A stretch of DNA of 64,000 bases from Mobula hypostoma (taxonomy: Eukaryota): NCBI RefSeq assembly GCF_963921235.1, contig NC_086108.1:94800001-94864000 (forward strand), written 5' to 3'. Position 1 is the stretch's first letter, and every line of letters begins with the position of its first letter. The notes beneath the pieces were generated by a model. The model was not told the DNA's origin, did not search any database, and saw nothing but the letters and a program-made list of their open reading frames with translations. The translations under genes were made by a program, and so were the position numbers. Positions 37,295-49,459 of the stretch are shown one piece after another.

Positions 37295-37934
37295 CTATGT
37301 ACGTAACAGATATTTTAAATATACCAGTATAAATGGGAGTGGGTCATAGGCCTTTCCACACTTAATAAACAACTTAGCAATAATTTTATTGTTGCTCTGC
37401 TGTGCAGAATTATTTCAAGCTATGACAAAAAAAATTTTTTTAAATATCTACTTCAAAAAAACCTGTTCAAGAATGCATAGAACATCTAGTTAAGCTTGCA
37501 TTTCTCTATATTAACTATACTAGTGTAATATGAAATTTTCAACAGAAGACAGTAGGGGGAAGAAGACGAAGGTCTGCAAGGTAAAGGGAGGGTGTGCACA
37601 GGAGAGAAGGAATGCACATAGGATAGGTCGTAGCGTGGATGCAGGAAAGAGAGGAAATGTGCGCACAAGACAACTAGTGTAAAGAGGTTGCCTGTAGGAA
37701 AGAGAAAGAGCACAAGCAAGAGAGCGATGGCGCATGAGCACGTGCGATGCAGAACACGTGTAGGAGACAGAAAACACTGCAAGAGGGAGATTGTGCAAGA
37801 AAAATAAAAGGAGAATGTAAGATAATTAGGTACTCTAGTGTGATATCAGCTACAATCACATTTTGAACTGTAAACATTACCACCATATTTGGAAGAACAG
37901 TGAAACTGCTGAAATATACTGTTGAAAGATTAAC

Positions 37935-38056
37935 CTGATTTCTTCATTCTTTTTTTCTAACTCTTTTTCTGCGGCGATATATTTCTCGTATAACTCTTCT
38001 TTGTACTTGTCACAGTGTTCCAAGCTGTTCTGCAAATTCTCTTCATTAGCTTGAAA
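37935..38056 (-). CDS. ccdc18: CCDC18-like exon 7 (FQANEENLQNSLEHCDKYKEELYEKYIAAEKELEKKNEEI)
   Basis: ttttag / gttaa, 122 nt, after a 77-nt intron; similar to VQAEEEILERNLTNCEK. Confidence 0.88.
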
Positions 38057-38133
38057 CTAAAACAAAAAAAAGATCGAGCATTCCCACGTATTTTATGCTT
38101 ACAATAAAAACCTAACTCTACTGCCCTTCTTAC

Positions 38134-38230
38134 CATAGTAATTTTTTCAGCAGTCTTTTCCTTGTACCGTGTGAAAGCTTCAGTAAGTTCTTCAGCATTA
38201 ATGAGGGCTTCATTTCTTTGTTGCTCAGCT
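38134..38230 (-). CDS. ccdc18: CCDC18-like exon 6 (RAEQQRNEALINAEELTEAFTRYKEKTAEKITM)
   Basis: tgtag / gtaag, 97 nt. Strongest match: recalled CCDC18 [30 protein letters not shown]. Confidence 0.92.
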
Positions 38231-39772
38231 CTACATAAGAACAAAAATAAATTGTCTCCTTGTTAGGTTAATTATCAAAGAGGTTCTTAAATTCCCACTT
38301 TCTTAAAGAGTGGCAATCTTGATCATTTTAAAATGACAGATTTGCCCACTTGATTTTTGTTGAAATTCAACTGTCAATTATGTGTGTATTCTGCAAGGCT
38401 ATTGTCTTCTTGAAGATGATTGTATTCTCATCTATACTGATTATACACTCTTCTCTCCACTCTGTTATCTGAAAATTTTTGAAATTATGTTTTTGATTCT
38501 CAAGTCAAATTTGTAAACATATATTTTGAGGAGTTGATCCCTGAAAGTTCGACTTTCTATGTAGGTAAGCAGGTAACACATCACTGTGGGAGACTGACTC
38601 ACTGAAACATACTAAAGATCAAAATGGATCACTCTTAATTTCCTTAGAAATTTAATTCAAATTGTTAGAATTTTGATTACCTGAACCACTTATTAAGCAA
38701 TAAGTGAGCATGGGCAAAGTTAGCATCTAATAGAAATCTAAATAACTCAATAAAATTGCCATTCAAACCAAACTCCATTAGAAATATTCTCCACAATAAA
38801 AGTGTTTACGAATTTAAGTTTCTGAATTATCAAGTGAATAGAAAGACCACCAACAAAGAGGCAGTGATCAAAATATAACCTAACAACATCTGAAAAGAGA
38901 TTTTCTCCACTGTGATAGTATAAAGTAATGAATTTAGTATTTTTATAATCTTCTAGCCCTTTTAAAATGCAATCAGAGTTGTACATTGTTGGTTTTACAT
39001 ACTCTAAAGCAAATTTAATACAACTACATGTCAAGTTCCCCACTTATGCCATTCACTTGACCACTTTGATAATACATCTAATCTATACTGCACTTAATCA
39101 AAAAAGAAAACAAATGCAGCAGATGCTGGAAATCTGAAATAGAGAAAGCCAGAAATAATTATGAAATCAGGCATCAACTGGAGAGAAAATCTGAGGTAAC
39201 ATTTAAGGATGATTACATTTCATTAGACCTGTGAATAGTTAGAAATCAAACATACTTGATGTTAGAAGCCAAGTGAAACAAATATGAAAGACCCTCACCC
39301 AATAGCCACTTTATTAGGTACACCTGCTCATTAATGCTCATTAATATAATCAGCCAAACATGCAGCAGAAATTCAATGCATAAAAGCATGCAGATATGGT
39401 CAAGAGGTTCAGTTGTTACTCAGACCAAACATCAAAATGGGGAAGAAATGCTGTCTAAGTTACTTTGACCATAGAATGATTGTTGGTGCCAGAGGCGGTG
39501 GTTTGAATATCTCAGAAATTGCTGATCTCCTAGAATTTTTACACACAACAGACTCTAGAGTTTGTAGTGAATGGTGCAAAAAAAAAATCCAGTGAACAGC
39601 AGATCTGTGGACAAAAACAGCTTGTTAATGAGAGGTGTCAGAGAAGAATGGCCAGATTGGTTCATGTTGACAGGACAGTGTCAGTAACTCAAATAATCAT
39701 GTGTTACCATAGTGTGCAGAAGAGCATCTCTGAAAGCACATTACATCAAACCTTGAAGTGAATGATCTACAG

Positions 39773-41113
39773 CAGGGGTCCCCAACCTTTTTTGCACCGT
39801 GGACTGTTTAATATTGACAATATTTTTGCGATCCGGCCAACCGGGGGTTGGTAGGGTTGTCAATGGACAAGAATAGCAGTCAGATACGGGACACTGTGTT
39901 CACCCCCGAGAGAGACTACCATGACCATGAAGTCTTGCACGGGCACCTGTGTGCACATGCGTGTACGTGCCGATTTTTTTCTACAAATTGTTTTTGGCAA
40001 TTCTGTTCAGTGAAACTACACTGTACATACATTATTTCTACTTTATATATGCTTTATATAGGCTGTGTATTTATCATATCATTCCTGCTTTTACTATATG
40101 TTAGTGTTATTTGGTATGATTTGGTAGGTTATTTTTTGGGTCTGGTAACACTCAAAAAATTTTCCCATATAAATTAATGGTAATTGCTTCTTCGCTTTAT
40201 GTCATTTCGGCACGAAAGGTTTCATAGGATCACTCTACCTTAGCGGGGGAAATACGGGACAAGGGTTGTCCCGTATGGGACAAACCAATTTAGCCCAATA
40301 TACGGGATGTCCTGGCTAATACGGGACAGTTGGCAACCTGGGGGGGGGGGGGGGGGTGGTGGTGTGGGAAGAGGTGGCGTTAATCACGACCGGAATATAG
40401 CTGATAAGTCAACTATAAGTGGCTAACACACTCAATTTCATTTCTAAAAGGGTTTATCTAACAAATTTAATATTAAACATATAGCGCATATTTTCCTCGC
40501 ATGAATATAGTGATAAATCAATTATGTCACTTATAAGTCGATAGCATCATAACATTTTAAGTAACGTTTGGATATTAAACACACAGCACATATTTTCCTT
40601 GTATGAACATATAAAATCATTGCAACACACCAATATCGCTGAATCAGTGGGAGCCCTGGGCTTGTTTCCCTGCAACAAGACGGTCCTATCGAGGGGTGAT
40701 GGGAGACAGCGATACTTGAAGGGGGTTCCTTATGTCCAGTCTATTCTGCAATTCAGTTTTCATTGCATTCATTGCAGAAAACCCCGCTTCGCAGAGATAT
40801 GTTGGAAATGGAAGGAATGTTTTCAGTGCTTTCGTGGCTATATCAGGATATTTAGCCTTGACTTTGATCCAGAATGCTGGCACAGATATGTCAAACATAT
40901 TTTCAGCCGGCCGTCATTTGCAAGCTCAAGGAGTTGATCTTCTTCCCGTGTTGACATGGATGACACGTGCGTAATGACCTCGCGTGCGTTCAAGTTCAAC
41001 AGTGGGCGTGACAGGGAATGAGGAAAGGTGCAGCTGACTCATATCGCCAAATCATATCATTTTCTCGTGGCCCGGTAGCACATGCTTTGCAGCCTGGTAC
41101 CAGGGGACTATTG
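39773..41113 (-). mobile_element. Non-autonomous hAT (Charlie-like) element
   Basis: CAGGGGTCCCC...GGGGACTATTG ends; 8-bp TSD ATCTACAG (39765-39772, 41114-41121); dimerisation-domain remnant FWIKVKAKYPDIATKAL...LCEAGFS. Confidence 0.9.
39852..40339. mobile_element. Second hAT-like MITE nested in the Charlie-like element
   Basis: TAGGGTTGTCAA ... GTTGGCAACCT inverted ends, repeated TACGGGAC subterminal motifs, inserted in a G run. Confidence 0.65.
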
Positions 41114-42389
41114 ATCTACAGCAGCAGAAAACTATTTCAGGTTCTGCTCCTGTGGCTACTTTAACAAGTATACTCCTGAATCTGATAAAGTGACCACTGA
41201 GTGTATGTTCAAAGGATAATATACCAAACTTAAAGATCTTTTTTCAAAGTGTAAAGTTCAAAGTATGTATGTGTCACCACACACTACCCCAAGATTCACT
41301 TTCTTGTGGGTGGAGTAAAACAAAGAAATACAATAGAATCAATGAAAAACTATACTGACAAACAAGCAATGAGCAAAAGAAGACAACCTGCGCAAATACC
41401 AAAATAAATAAATAGTGCGAGAACGTAAGTTGTAGAAGCCTTGAAAGTGAATAAGTGAGTCCATAGGTTGCAGAGTCTGTTTAGTGTGTCAAGTTGAGTG
41501 AAGTTAACCACATTGGTTCAGAGATGATTGAAGGTTAATAACTGTTCACGAAACTGGTGGTGTTGGACTGAAGGCTGCTTTCTATACCTTCTTCCCCATG
41601 GCAGCAGTGAGCATGGCTTGGATGGTGAGGACTGCCATGGCACAAATGTAGAAGCTTGTAAAAGCAAAATGAAGACCAGCTCATTCCTTCAGATAAATTT
41701 CTTATAGGTCACCAGACTCTGTAAGATGCATTTACTAATCTTATAAGCATTCACTGAGACGTAGTTCCTTATAGTAGGACTTGGCCTTTACTAATTAGAA
41801 CCTTTGCAGAGTTCAAAAATCTGGATTGCGTCCATAACCTTTCTGGTGTTCATCAAAACTCAGTGAGTGAGGTAGTGCAAGGGTTAGCACAATGCTTTAT
41901 AGTACCAGCATCCCGGGTTCATTTCCCGATGTTGCCTCTAACGAGTTTGTCTGTTGGTAGGTTAATTAGTAAATTGTCCCATGACTAGGCTAGTTGGGGG
42001 GTTGCTAGGCAGCGCAACTTGAAAAACCAGAAGGGCCTATTCCACTCTGTATCACAATAAATAAATAACTTGGATAAAAAAAATTATTTGAAGCATCTGT
42101 TGACACAGTACTTAGCTACCTAAACTTCCCTCTGTAAGGATTCTTTTTGAGCACTGGTTCCACAAAATTTTAAAGTTTTATCTTAAGTTCTATATTATAC
42201 CAACACAAATTTTGAAGTGCAAACCATATTCTGCACTGATGAGTTTTAATGAACAACCTTGGAAATATTTTGGAACACATCAACTTCCTGAAAATTTGTT
42301 GTCTAGATCAATATCTTGCATTTACTGTATGTAAAGCATCCTTAACAAAATATTTTCTGACCAGGACATATTCCACTGTCAAACACTAC

Positions 42390-42518
42390 CTTTTTCCTCT
42401 TCTACTTTGTTCATAAAGCTCTTCTTTTATCCTTTTGCATTCTTCTGACAGCTCTTCCACCAGTTTGTCCTTCTCAGCTACCATCCACTGACTCTCATCC
42501 AACTTTTTTTCAATAACG
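42390..42518 (-). CDS. ccdc18: CCDC18-like exon 5 (VIEKKLDESQWMVAEKDKLVEELSEECKRIKEELYEQSRRGK)
   Basis: aataag / gtagt, 129 nt, phase 2 to 2; similar to CCDC18 ENKLEQSQKMVIEKEQ...EECIKLK...EQTKQGK. Confidence 0.88.
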
Positions 42519-42573
42519 CTTATTTAAAAAAAAAAAGAAAACTCATATTGGAAGAGGAAACAAATGTTACTCT

Positions 42574-43028
42574 ACAGTATTGTGCACAAGTCTTCGGCAC
42601 ATTATTTATAGCTAGGGTGCCCAAAACTGTAAATCTGGCGGGAGTAAAGGATGCTGGGAATAGTGAAGGTAAAGCACCGCGTGAACCATGTGGGACAGGT
42701 GGCAGCAAAGGAGTGCCAGGGGCAGGGTGTAGTGCGGGGCAGACACCCAGCCCTGAGACACCAGGCAAGGTCATCGGATTCCAAACAATTGATCATTACA
42801 GAATGTTTATCTGGTGCTTCCCTCCCCTCACTCCTCCCCTTTTCCCAACCATGAATCCCCTCTCTCTGTCCCCTTCCCATTCCCAGTCCACAATAGAGAT
42901 CCATATCAGAATCCAGTTTCTTTTTGCGGCAGCAGTATGGTGCAATGGATAAAATTACGACAGTACTGTGCAAAGATCTGAGACACCCTAGCTATACATT
43001 TGTGCCCAAGAGTTATGTACAGTATTGT
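42574..43028. mobile_element. Tc1-type MITE with an internal insertion
   Basis: ta-cagtattgtgcacaagtctt...tagctagggtg and caccctagcta...tgtacagtattg-ta inverted ends. Confidence 0.55.
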
Positions 43029-43565
43029 ACATCTAAATGTTATGCTCTTTTACGCAATTATAATTTGCCAATTCCACTGCTAGATTATAAAATGTTGAAA
43101 TGAGATAAAATTTAACATTATAAGCTAAAAATAAATGACACCAATAAAGAATGCAAAATCTGGACCTTTCAAACAAGTTAGGATGGTTTAATAATCACTA
43201 TTAACTATATATTTGGGACTTAGCTTTGTTGAAGAGTAATCTTGCAATGTGTCAAGTTGTGAGTGTTATGAACAAGCAGTTCATCTGCTGTTATACTGAG
43301 TAAGAACTGAGACCAGGATATGAGAACATGTCCTATTTTAAACTAAGGCAATTTTATATTTGCATAAATAAGTGAACGGGCTTTCTCTAATTTCTCATTT
43401 GAAAGATCATACATCTTCAGCAAGACAGGTACTAAAGTGTTACGGGACAGTTTGATTATATTCCTGGCATCAACAACCTTTCGCACTGCAACATCCAACA
43501 GAATATCCTAGGTAGACCCATAGTTTGCAATACCTGACAAAAACTGCATTACTACTTTCTTTTAC

Positions 43566-43675
43566 CTGAGAGCATTCTGTTGAGACTCTATTATTGCCTC
43601 TAAATCTAGGATATCTCCATTTAACTGAGAAATATGATGTGTCTTTTCCTTAATAGATGGTCCAAGATTAGAAAC
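43566..43675 (-). CDS. ccdc18: CCDC18-like exon 4 (VSNLGPSIKEKTHHISQLNGDILDLEAIIESQQNAL)
   Basis: tttcag / gtaaa, 110 nt, phase 0 to 2; similar to CCDC18 VSMLE...IINLEAEVSAQDKVL. Confidence 0.85.
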
Positions 43676-43899
43676 CTGAAAGTAAAACAAACACAAATCT
43701 TCAGGGTAATATTCGACACTGATTAAAACACTTCAATCATTACTCTTAAACATATCCACCCCTCCCCCCCACCACAACAGTTTCTCAACTCAATTTCCTA
43801 ATCTGATCAAAATACGATGGGAATCTGCCAATTTTAATAATTTGAACCAAATGTGAACATTCCTGGTAAATGTGAACATTTCTGGTAAATTTGGTGAAC

Positions 43900-44720
43900 T
43901 AGTTTATTACTGTCACATATACTGAGGTACAGTTGAAAACTTGTCTTGCACAGTTCATTACAACAGTGCATTGAAGTAACTACAAGGCAAAACAATAGCA
44001 AAATACAGAATAGTGTGTTACAGTCTTAGTGTGTTAGTGTGTTACAGTGCAGTGGAGGTGGATGGTAAGATGCAAGGTCATAACAACATAGATTGTGAAG
44101 TCAAGAGTTCATCTTAACATACTAAGGAACCATTCATTAGTCTTATGACAATGGGATAGAAGCTATCCTTGAGCCTGGTGTTTTGTATTGCGGCAATGGT
44201 ATTGTAGCCTATACTTACTGACTGTGGTCTTTTGATCAGTACGACAGCGATCCAGTTGAAAACTGAAGTGCTGAGTCCAAAGTTTAGGAGTTTGGGGATA
44301 GGTTTGCTTGGAATTATAGTATTGAAGGCAGAGCTGCACTTGAAAAACAATAGTCTAACATAAGTGTCTTTATTGCCTGGGTGATCCAAAGATGACTGTA
44401 GGGCCATGGAAATGCATCCACACTAGTCCTGATTCGGCAGTGAGCAATTTGCAGTGGGTCGAGGCTGTCTGGGAGACTGGAGTAAATGCATACCATGACC
44501 TGCCATTGGAAGCACTTTATGATGGTAAATGTCAGAGCTATCGTACAGTAGTCATTAAGGCATGTTACCTTGTTTCTCAGATACCAGATGATAATGGGAA
44601 ACCACAAAGATTAAAAATGCCTGCTAATTCCCCCACCAGCTGATCTGCACATGAGCTAAGGACATGGCCAGGAATACATTCTCAGCCAGACGCTTTCCAT
44701 GTGATCACTTTTCAGAAGAT
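43900..44720 (-). mobile_element. Old Rex1/Babar fragment
   Basis: CLNDYCTIALTFTIIKCF, LDPLQIAH, YVRLLF...SSAFNTIIP. Confidence 0.75.
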
Positions 44721-44855
44721 TGATATTGTGTCCCAACATTGTTAGGCTAGAAAGTGGGACTGGACTGAGGAGCTCTACTTCAAATTGGTTTTCAAAGTTC
44801 TAAATTTTCTATGATTCTATGTTATGTAATTAATACATATATTTAAAATACTCAC

Positions 44856-45020
44856 TTTAACTTTTGATTCAGTCAGCTCCATTTGTATACTTTCAATTTC
44901 CCGTACCAAACTATGATTCTGGGAGACCAAACGAGCATTGTCCTCTCGTAGGGCACTGAGCTTTTTCCATAATTGTTCATTTTCCTGCTCCACACCAGAT
45001 GTAGCCGACAAATGAGATGT
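44856..45020 (-). CDS. ccdc18: CCDC18-like exon 3 (TSHLSATSGVEQENEQLWKKLSALREDNARLVSQNHSLVREIESIQMELTESKVK)
   Basis: ttttag / gtgagt, 165 nt. Aligns by eye to recalled CCDC18 [33 protein letters not shown]...ELTQSRAK. Confidence 0.9.
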
Positions 45021-45309
45021 CTAAAAGTATGGAAGTTATGATAGAACTTTTAAACAATTCCTTCCTGAAGGCACTTGCTTTCCATAGACGATAGGCTATC
45101 TATACCTCAACCAACTTGTTACATGTTGCCTAAAACTAAACAGTACTATTCAATGATGAACCACATTTAAGAGATCTATAAAATAGGAATTCATCTATGA
45201 TCATGTTTGCATTTGTTTGCTTATTAACTCAATACTTCTGCTCTGAATGAAAAAAGTTTAATGGCACTGAAAGATTATTTCCCATCAAATATTTAATATT
45301 CATTCTTCA

Positions 45310-46440
45310 AACAAGAGAAAATCTGTAGATGCTGGAAATCCAAGCGACAGACACAAAATGCTGGAGGAAATCAGTAGGCCAGGCAGCATATACGGAAAAG
45401 AGTACAGTCGACGTTTCGGGCCGAGGCCATTCAGCAGGACCGGAGAAAAAAAGATGAATAGTAGAGTTAGAAGATGAGAGTAGAGGAACGGGAAACACAA
45501 GGTGATAGATGAAACCGGGAGGGGTAGAAGTAAGTAAAGAACTGGGAAGTTGATTGGTGAAAAGAGATATAGGGCTGGAAAAAGGAGAACGTAATAGGAG
45601 AGGACAGAAGGCCATGGAAGAATGAAAAGGCGGGGAAGAGCACCAGAGGGAGGCAATGGGCAGGCAAAGAGATAAGGTGAGAGGGAAAATGAGATGGGCA
45701 ATGGTGAAGGTGGGGGTGGGGGGAGCTATTAGCAGAAGTTTGAGAAATCAATGTTCATGCCATCAGTTTGGAGGCTACCCAGATGGAATACGCAGTGTTG
45801 CTCCTCCAACCTGATCGTGGCCTCATCCCAACAATAGAGGAGGCTATAGACTGACACGTCAGAATGGGAAGTGGAATTAAAATGGGTGGCCACTGGGACA
45901 TCCCACTTTTTCTGGCAGACAGAACATAGGTGCTCAGCTAAGCTTTCCACTTCCCATTCCCACTTCCATCCATGGCTTCCTCTACTGTTGCGATGAGGCC
46001 ACATTCAGGTTGGAGGAGCAACAGCTTATATTCCAACCTGATGGCACGAACATAGATTTCTCGAACTTCAGGTAATGGTTCTCCCCACTTCTCTATTCCC
46101 CCTTCGCACCTTATCTCCTTGCCTGCCCACTGCCTCCCTCAGGTGCTCCTCCCCCTTTTTCTTTCTTCCATGGCCTTCTGTCTCCTCCCATCAGATTCCC
46201 CCTTCTCCAGCCCTGTATCTCTTTCACCAATCAACTTCCCAGCTCTTTACTATCACCCCTCCCCCCTACCAGTATCATCTATCACCTCGTGTTTCTCCTT
46301 CCCCTCCCCACACCTCTGACTCCTCATCTTTTTTTCCTCCAGTCCTGATGAAGGGTCTTGGCCCGAAACGTCGACTGTACTCTTTTGCATAGATGCTGCC
46401 TGGCCTGCTGAGTTCCTCCAGCATTTTGTGTGTGTTGCTT
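45310..46440. mobile_element. Penelope-like element: two inverted 3' segments (45310-45940 minus, 45945-46440 plus)
   Basis: GIY-YIG C-terminal remnant VATHFNSTSH...RLEEQHCVFHLGSLQTDGMNIDFSNF; pyrimidine-rich spacer; hammerhead motif in both arms. Confidence 0.85.
46340..46377 (+). ncRNA. Minimal type I hammerhead ribozyme motif
   Basis: CAGTC-CTGATGA-AGGGTCTTGGCCC-GAAAC-GTC-GACTG: stem I CAGTC/GACTG, conserved core boxes, GUC cleavage triplet. Confidence 0.8.
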
Positions 46441-46967
46441 AAAGGTGCTAAACTAATTTGAGAAAGAAAAAGAACTTCCATTGACATAAACCAAAAATCA
46501 CAGATCAAATACAAGATGATTGCCAAAAGAATCTAAAGTTGCTGACAGGAAAAATTCATTCACACAGTGAGTAGTTATTAACTGGAATTTGCTGCCAAAA
46601 ATGATAATGGAACAACAGCTTCAATCTTGGGATTCAATGGAATTGGATGAATAGTTGAAGAAAAATACTGCAGTGTTACGTGAAAGGAATCAAGTTATGA
46701 GGGGAACTGTTTTTGCAAAAAGCCACAGTGGGCTCAATAAGCCAACAGACTTCCATCTAATATATGTGAAACAGAGCCTTAAGTTTGTTTCAGTTATATG
46801 AATGACTGAGCAAAGTCTCAGGTCTGCTCTGTTTTGTGCCTCAAGTCCACTTTCCTACCTAGTTGCTGTATCCCTCAATTCCCATAGTATTAAAAAATCT
46901 ACTGGCCTAAGCCTTTGAAGAGGATTCAAAAATATATATACAATCATCAGGTTAGAGAAATTCCAAA

Positions 46968-47098
46968 ACACAAGAGATTCTACAGATGCTGGAAATCCAG
47001 AGCAACACACACAAAATGCTAGAGGAACTCAGCAGTTCAGGCAGCATCTATGGAAATGTATAAACAACATTTCAGGCCAAGACCCTTCAACAGCATCA
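46968..47098 (-). mobile_element. Penelope-like terminal fragment with degenerate hammerhead motif
   Basis: Matches 45310-45440. Confidence 0.7.
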
Positions 47099-47104
47099 GT
47101 CAGG

Positions 47105-47863
47105 ATAAAGGACCAGGCTAAATGCTGAAAGATTGCAGCATGCTGTTGTGCAGAGAGACTTGGGAATGTTGTTCATGAATCGCAAAAAGCTGGCTTGCAG
47201 GTACAACAGGTTATTAAGAAGGCAAATGGAATGTTAGCCTTCATTGCTAGAGAGATTGAGTTCAAGATCAGGGAGGTCATGCTGCAACTATACAGGGTAC
47301 TGGTGAGGCCATAACTGGAGTACTGTGTGCAGTTCTGGTCTCCATACTTGAGGAAGGATATACTGGCTTTGGAAGCAGTGCAGAGGAGGTTCACCAGGTT
47401 GATTCCAGGGATGAAGGGGTTAACCTATGAGGAGCTATTGAGTTGCCTGGGACTATACTCTCTGGAATTCAGAAGAATGAGAAGGGATCTTATAGAAACA
47501 TACAAAATTTTGAAAGGGATAGATAAGATACAAGTAGGAAAGTTGAGACCAGGACTAGGGGACATTGCCTCAAGATTCAGGGGTGAATATTTAGGACGGA
47601 GATGAGGAGAAACTGTTTTTCCCCAGAGAGTGGTGAATCTGTGGAATTCTCTGTCCAGAGAAGCAGTTGAGGCTTCTTCATTAAATATATTTAAGAAACA
47701 GTGAGATAGGTTTTTACATAGTAAGGGAATTAAGGGTTATGGGGAAAAGGCAGATGGATGGAGCTGAGTTTATGGATGAATCAGCCATGATCTTATTGAA
47801 TGGCGGGGCAGGCTCGATGGGCCGGATGGCCTACTCCTGCTCCTATTTCATATGTTCTTATGA
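47105..47863 (+). mobile_element. CR1 3' fragment (family A-like)
   Basis: QFWSPYLRKDILALEAVQRRFTRLIPGMKGL. Confidence 0.9.
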
Positions 47864-48389
47864 CCAGTCATTTAGAACTACTGTGACAAAGAAATTCCTT
47901 CTCACCTTAGTTCTAAATGACTAGACCTTTATTCTGACTGATGCTGAATCCATCATCCTTGTAGGTAGTGAATTCCAGATACTAACCACTTTTCACGTTT
48001 AAAAAAAACTTCTTTCCACATCTCTTTGTATCTTACTGCAAAATTTTAAAGTTTTTAATTATTCATTCCACCTAAGGGTATAACTTAATGGACTTCTCTG
48101 CCATAACAATTTTATGATTTTATAAATCATTCCAGACTCAGGCTAGACTTTCAAATTTCTTGTCTGTGTAACCCAGTAGTAAACCTCTCCATCAAGGCCA
48201 TCAGGAAACTGCATAAAGCAATCAAGAAGGAAGGGTTTTCCCAGGTACTTAAACTGATTCCAGTAAGATGAAAACCACTTAGTGAACCTACAATGCCCAT
48301 ACAGATTGACAGCAAACTGACAAGCAGCACTGCCAAATAAAGAGGATTCAGAACAAAAGCACAATATAATAAGAAGCTTGAAAGCTTAC

Positions 48390-48582
48390 CCTGCCTCCAA
48401 AACTGCTGGTTGGATTAATGTTACTAAAAACATTTTTTTGAAGAAGCGCTCTCTCAGCAGTTGACAGGTGACGGTTGGTGATTGGAGGTACTACAGGACT
48501 GGACTGAAAGAGATCATCCATTGTTAAAGGTGGTATATGATCTTGCTGTGGAGAGTCATCAGATTGGTCACTTAACCAGGAA
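48390..48582 (-). CDS. ccdc18: CCDC18-like exon 2 (SWLSDQSDDSPQQDHIPPLTMDDLFQ...SSFGGR)
   Basis: Polypyrimidine tract with ttcctcag acceptor and gtaagc donor; 193 nt, open, phase 2 to 0, joining the flanking exons in frame. Confidence 0.75.
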
Positions 48583-49048
48583 CTGAGGAAAAAAAATAAA
48601 AATACCTTCCTAAGTTTATTTGTACACTTGAGTTTGAAATTAGAATACCTTTCTCTTAGGTTAAATCTAAAACATGCATGCATATTTTTATCTTAATATT
48701 GTTTTACAAGTTATTTTCATATGTCCCCTCTGATGTTACTAATCAGAAAAATCAAATCACTCAAAGGCAACTTAACACAAAGGTTAGGCTGAAAGCAAAC
48801 CAAGAATAATAGAAGTTACAGTGGATCTTTTGTAATTTACCGTAATTGTTACGTCTTGCTCTGTCTTACTGTTGTAAAACTCTGATTAGGCCTCAAGGTA
48901 ACTTGAACTGGGTTTAGGAATCCTGATGACAGAGGATCAGGAGCTAATCGAGCATAGAAGAAATGACTGAGTAATGTGGATTGCTGGCAACAAAATTCGA
49001 GATTAGGTAAACCAAGGTTTGGGGTAGTGCGGTAGCATATCAGTTAGA

Positions 49049-49263
49049 AGCATAGAACAGTACAGCACAGTACAGACCCTTCGGCCCACAATGTTGTGCC
49101 GACCCTTAAACCCTGCCTCCCATATAACCCCCCACCTTAAATTCCTCCATATACCTGTCTAGTAGTCTCTGTGTATCTGCCTCCACCACTGACTCAGGCA
49201 GTGCATTCCACGCACCAACCACTCTCTGAGTAAAAAACCTCCCTCTAATATCCCCCTTGAACT
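49049..49263 (-). mobile_element. CR1 family B 3' fragment inserted in a SINE head
   Basis: Matches 13135-13372; the SINE resumes at 49264. Confidence 0.85.
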
Positions 49264-49459
49264 TAGCATAATCATATTACAGTGCAAGAAACCTGGGTTC
49301 AATTCCTGCTGCTGTTTGCAAGCAGCTTGTACACGTTCCCTGTGACTACATGGGTTTCCTCCAGGTGCTCCAGCTTCCGGCCACATTCTAAAGATACACA
49401 GTTGCAAGAAAAAGCTTGTGAACCCTTTGCAATTACCTGGTTTTCTGCATTAATTACTC

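Larger units (their letters stand above)
39295..41203 (+). mobile_element. Internally deleted Tc1/mariner element hosting a hAT insertion
   Basis: Ends cacccaatagccactttattaggtacacc and gataaagtgaccactgagtg-ta; MGKKCCLSYFDHRMIVGARGGGLNISEIADLL N-terminus. Confidence 0.8.

Noticed and set aside
42520..42973. Overlapping ORFs of 67-134 aa
   Set aside because: They lie within a MITE and its insert, with no coding signature.
43849..43890. 19-bp tandem duplication (aaatgtgaacattyctggt x2) as a CRISPR-like array
   Set aside because: Only two adjacent units with no spacers; a simple local duplication.
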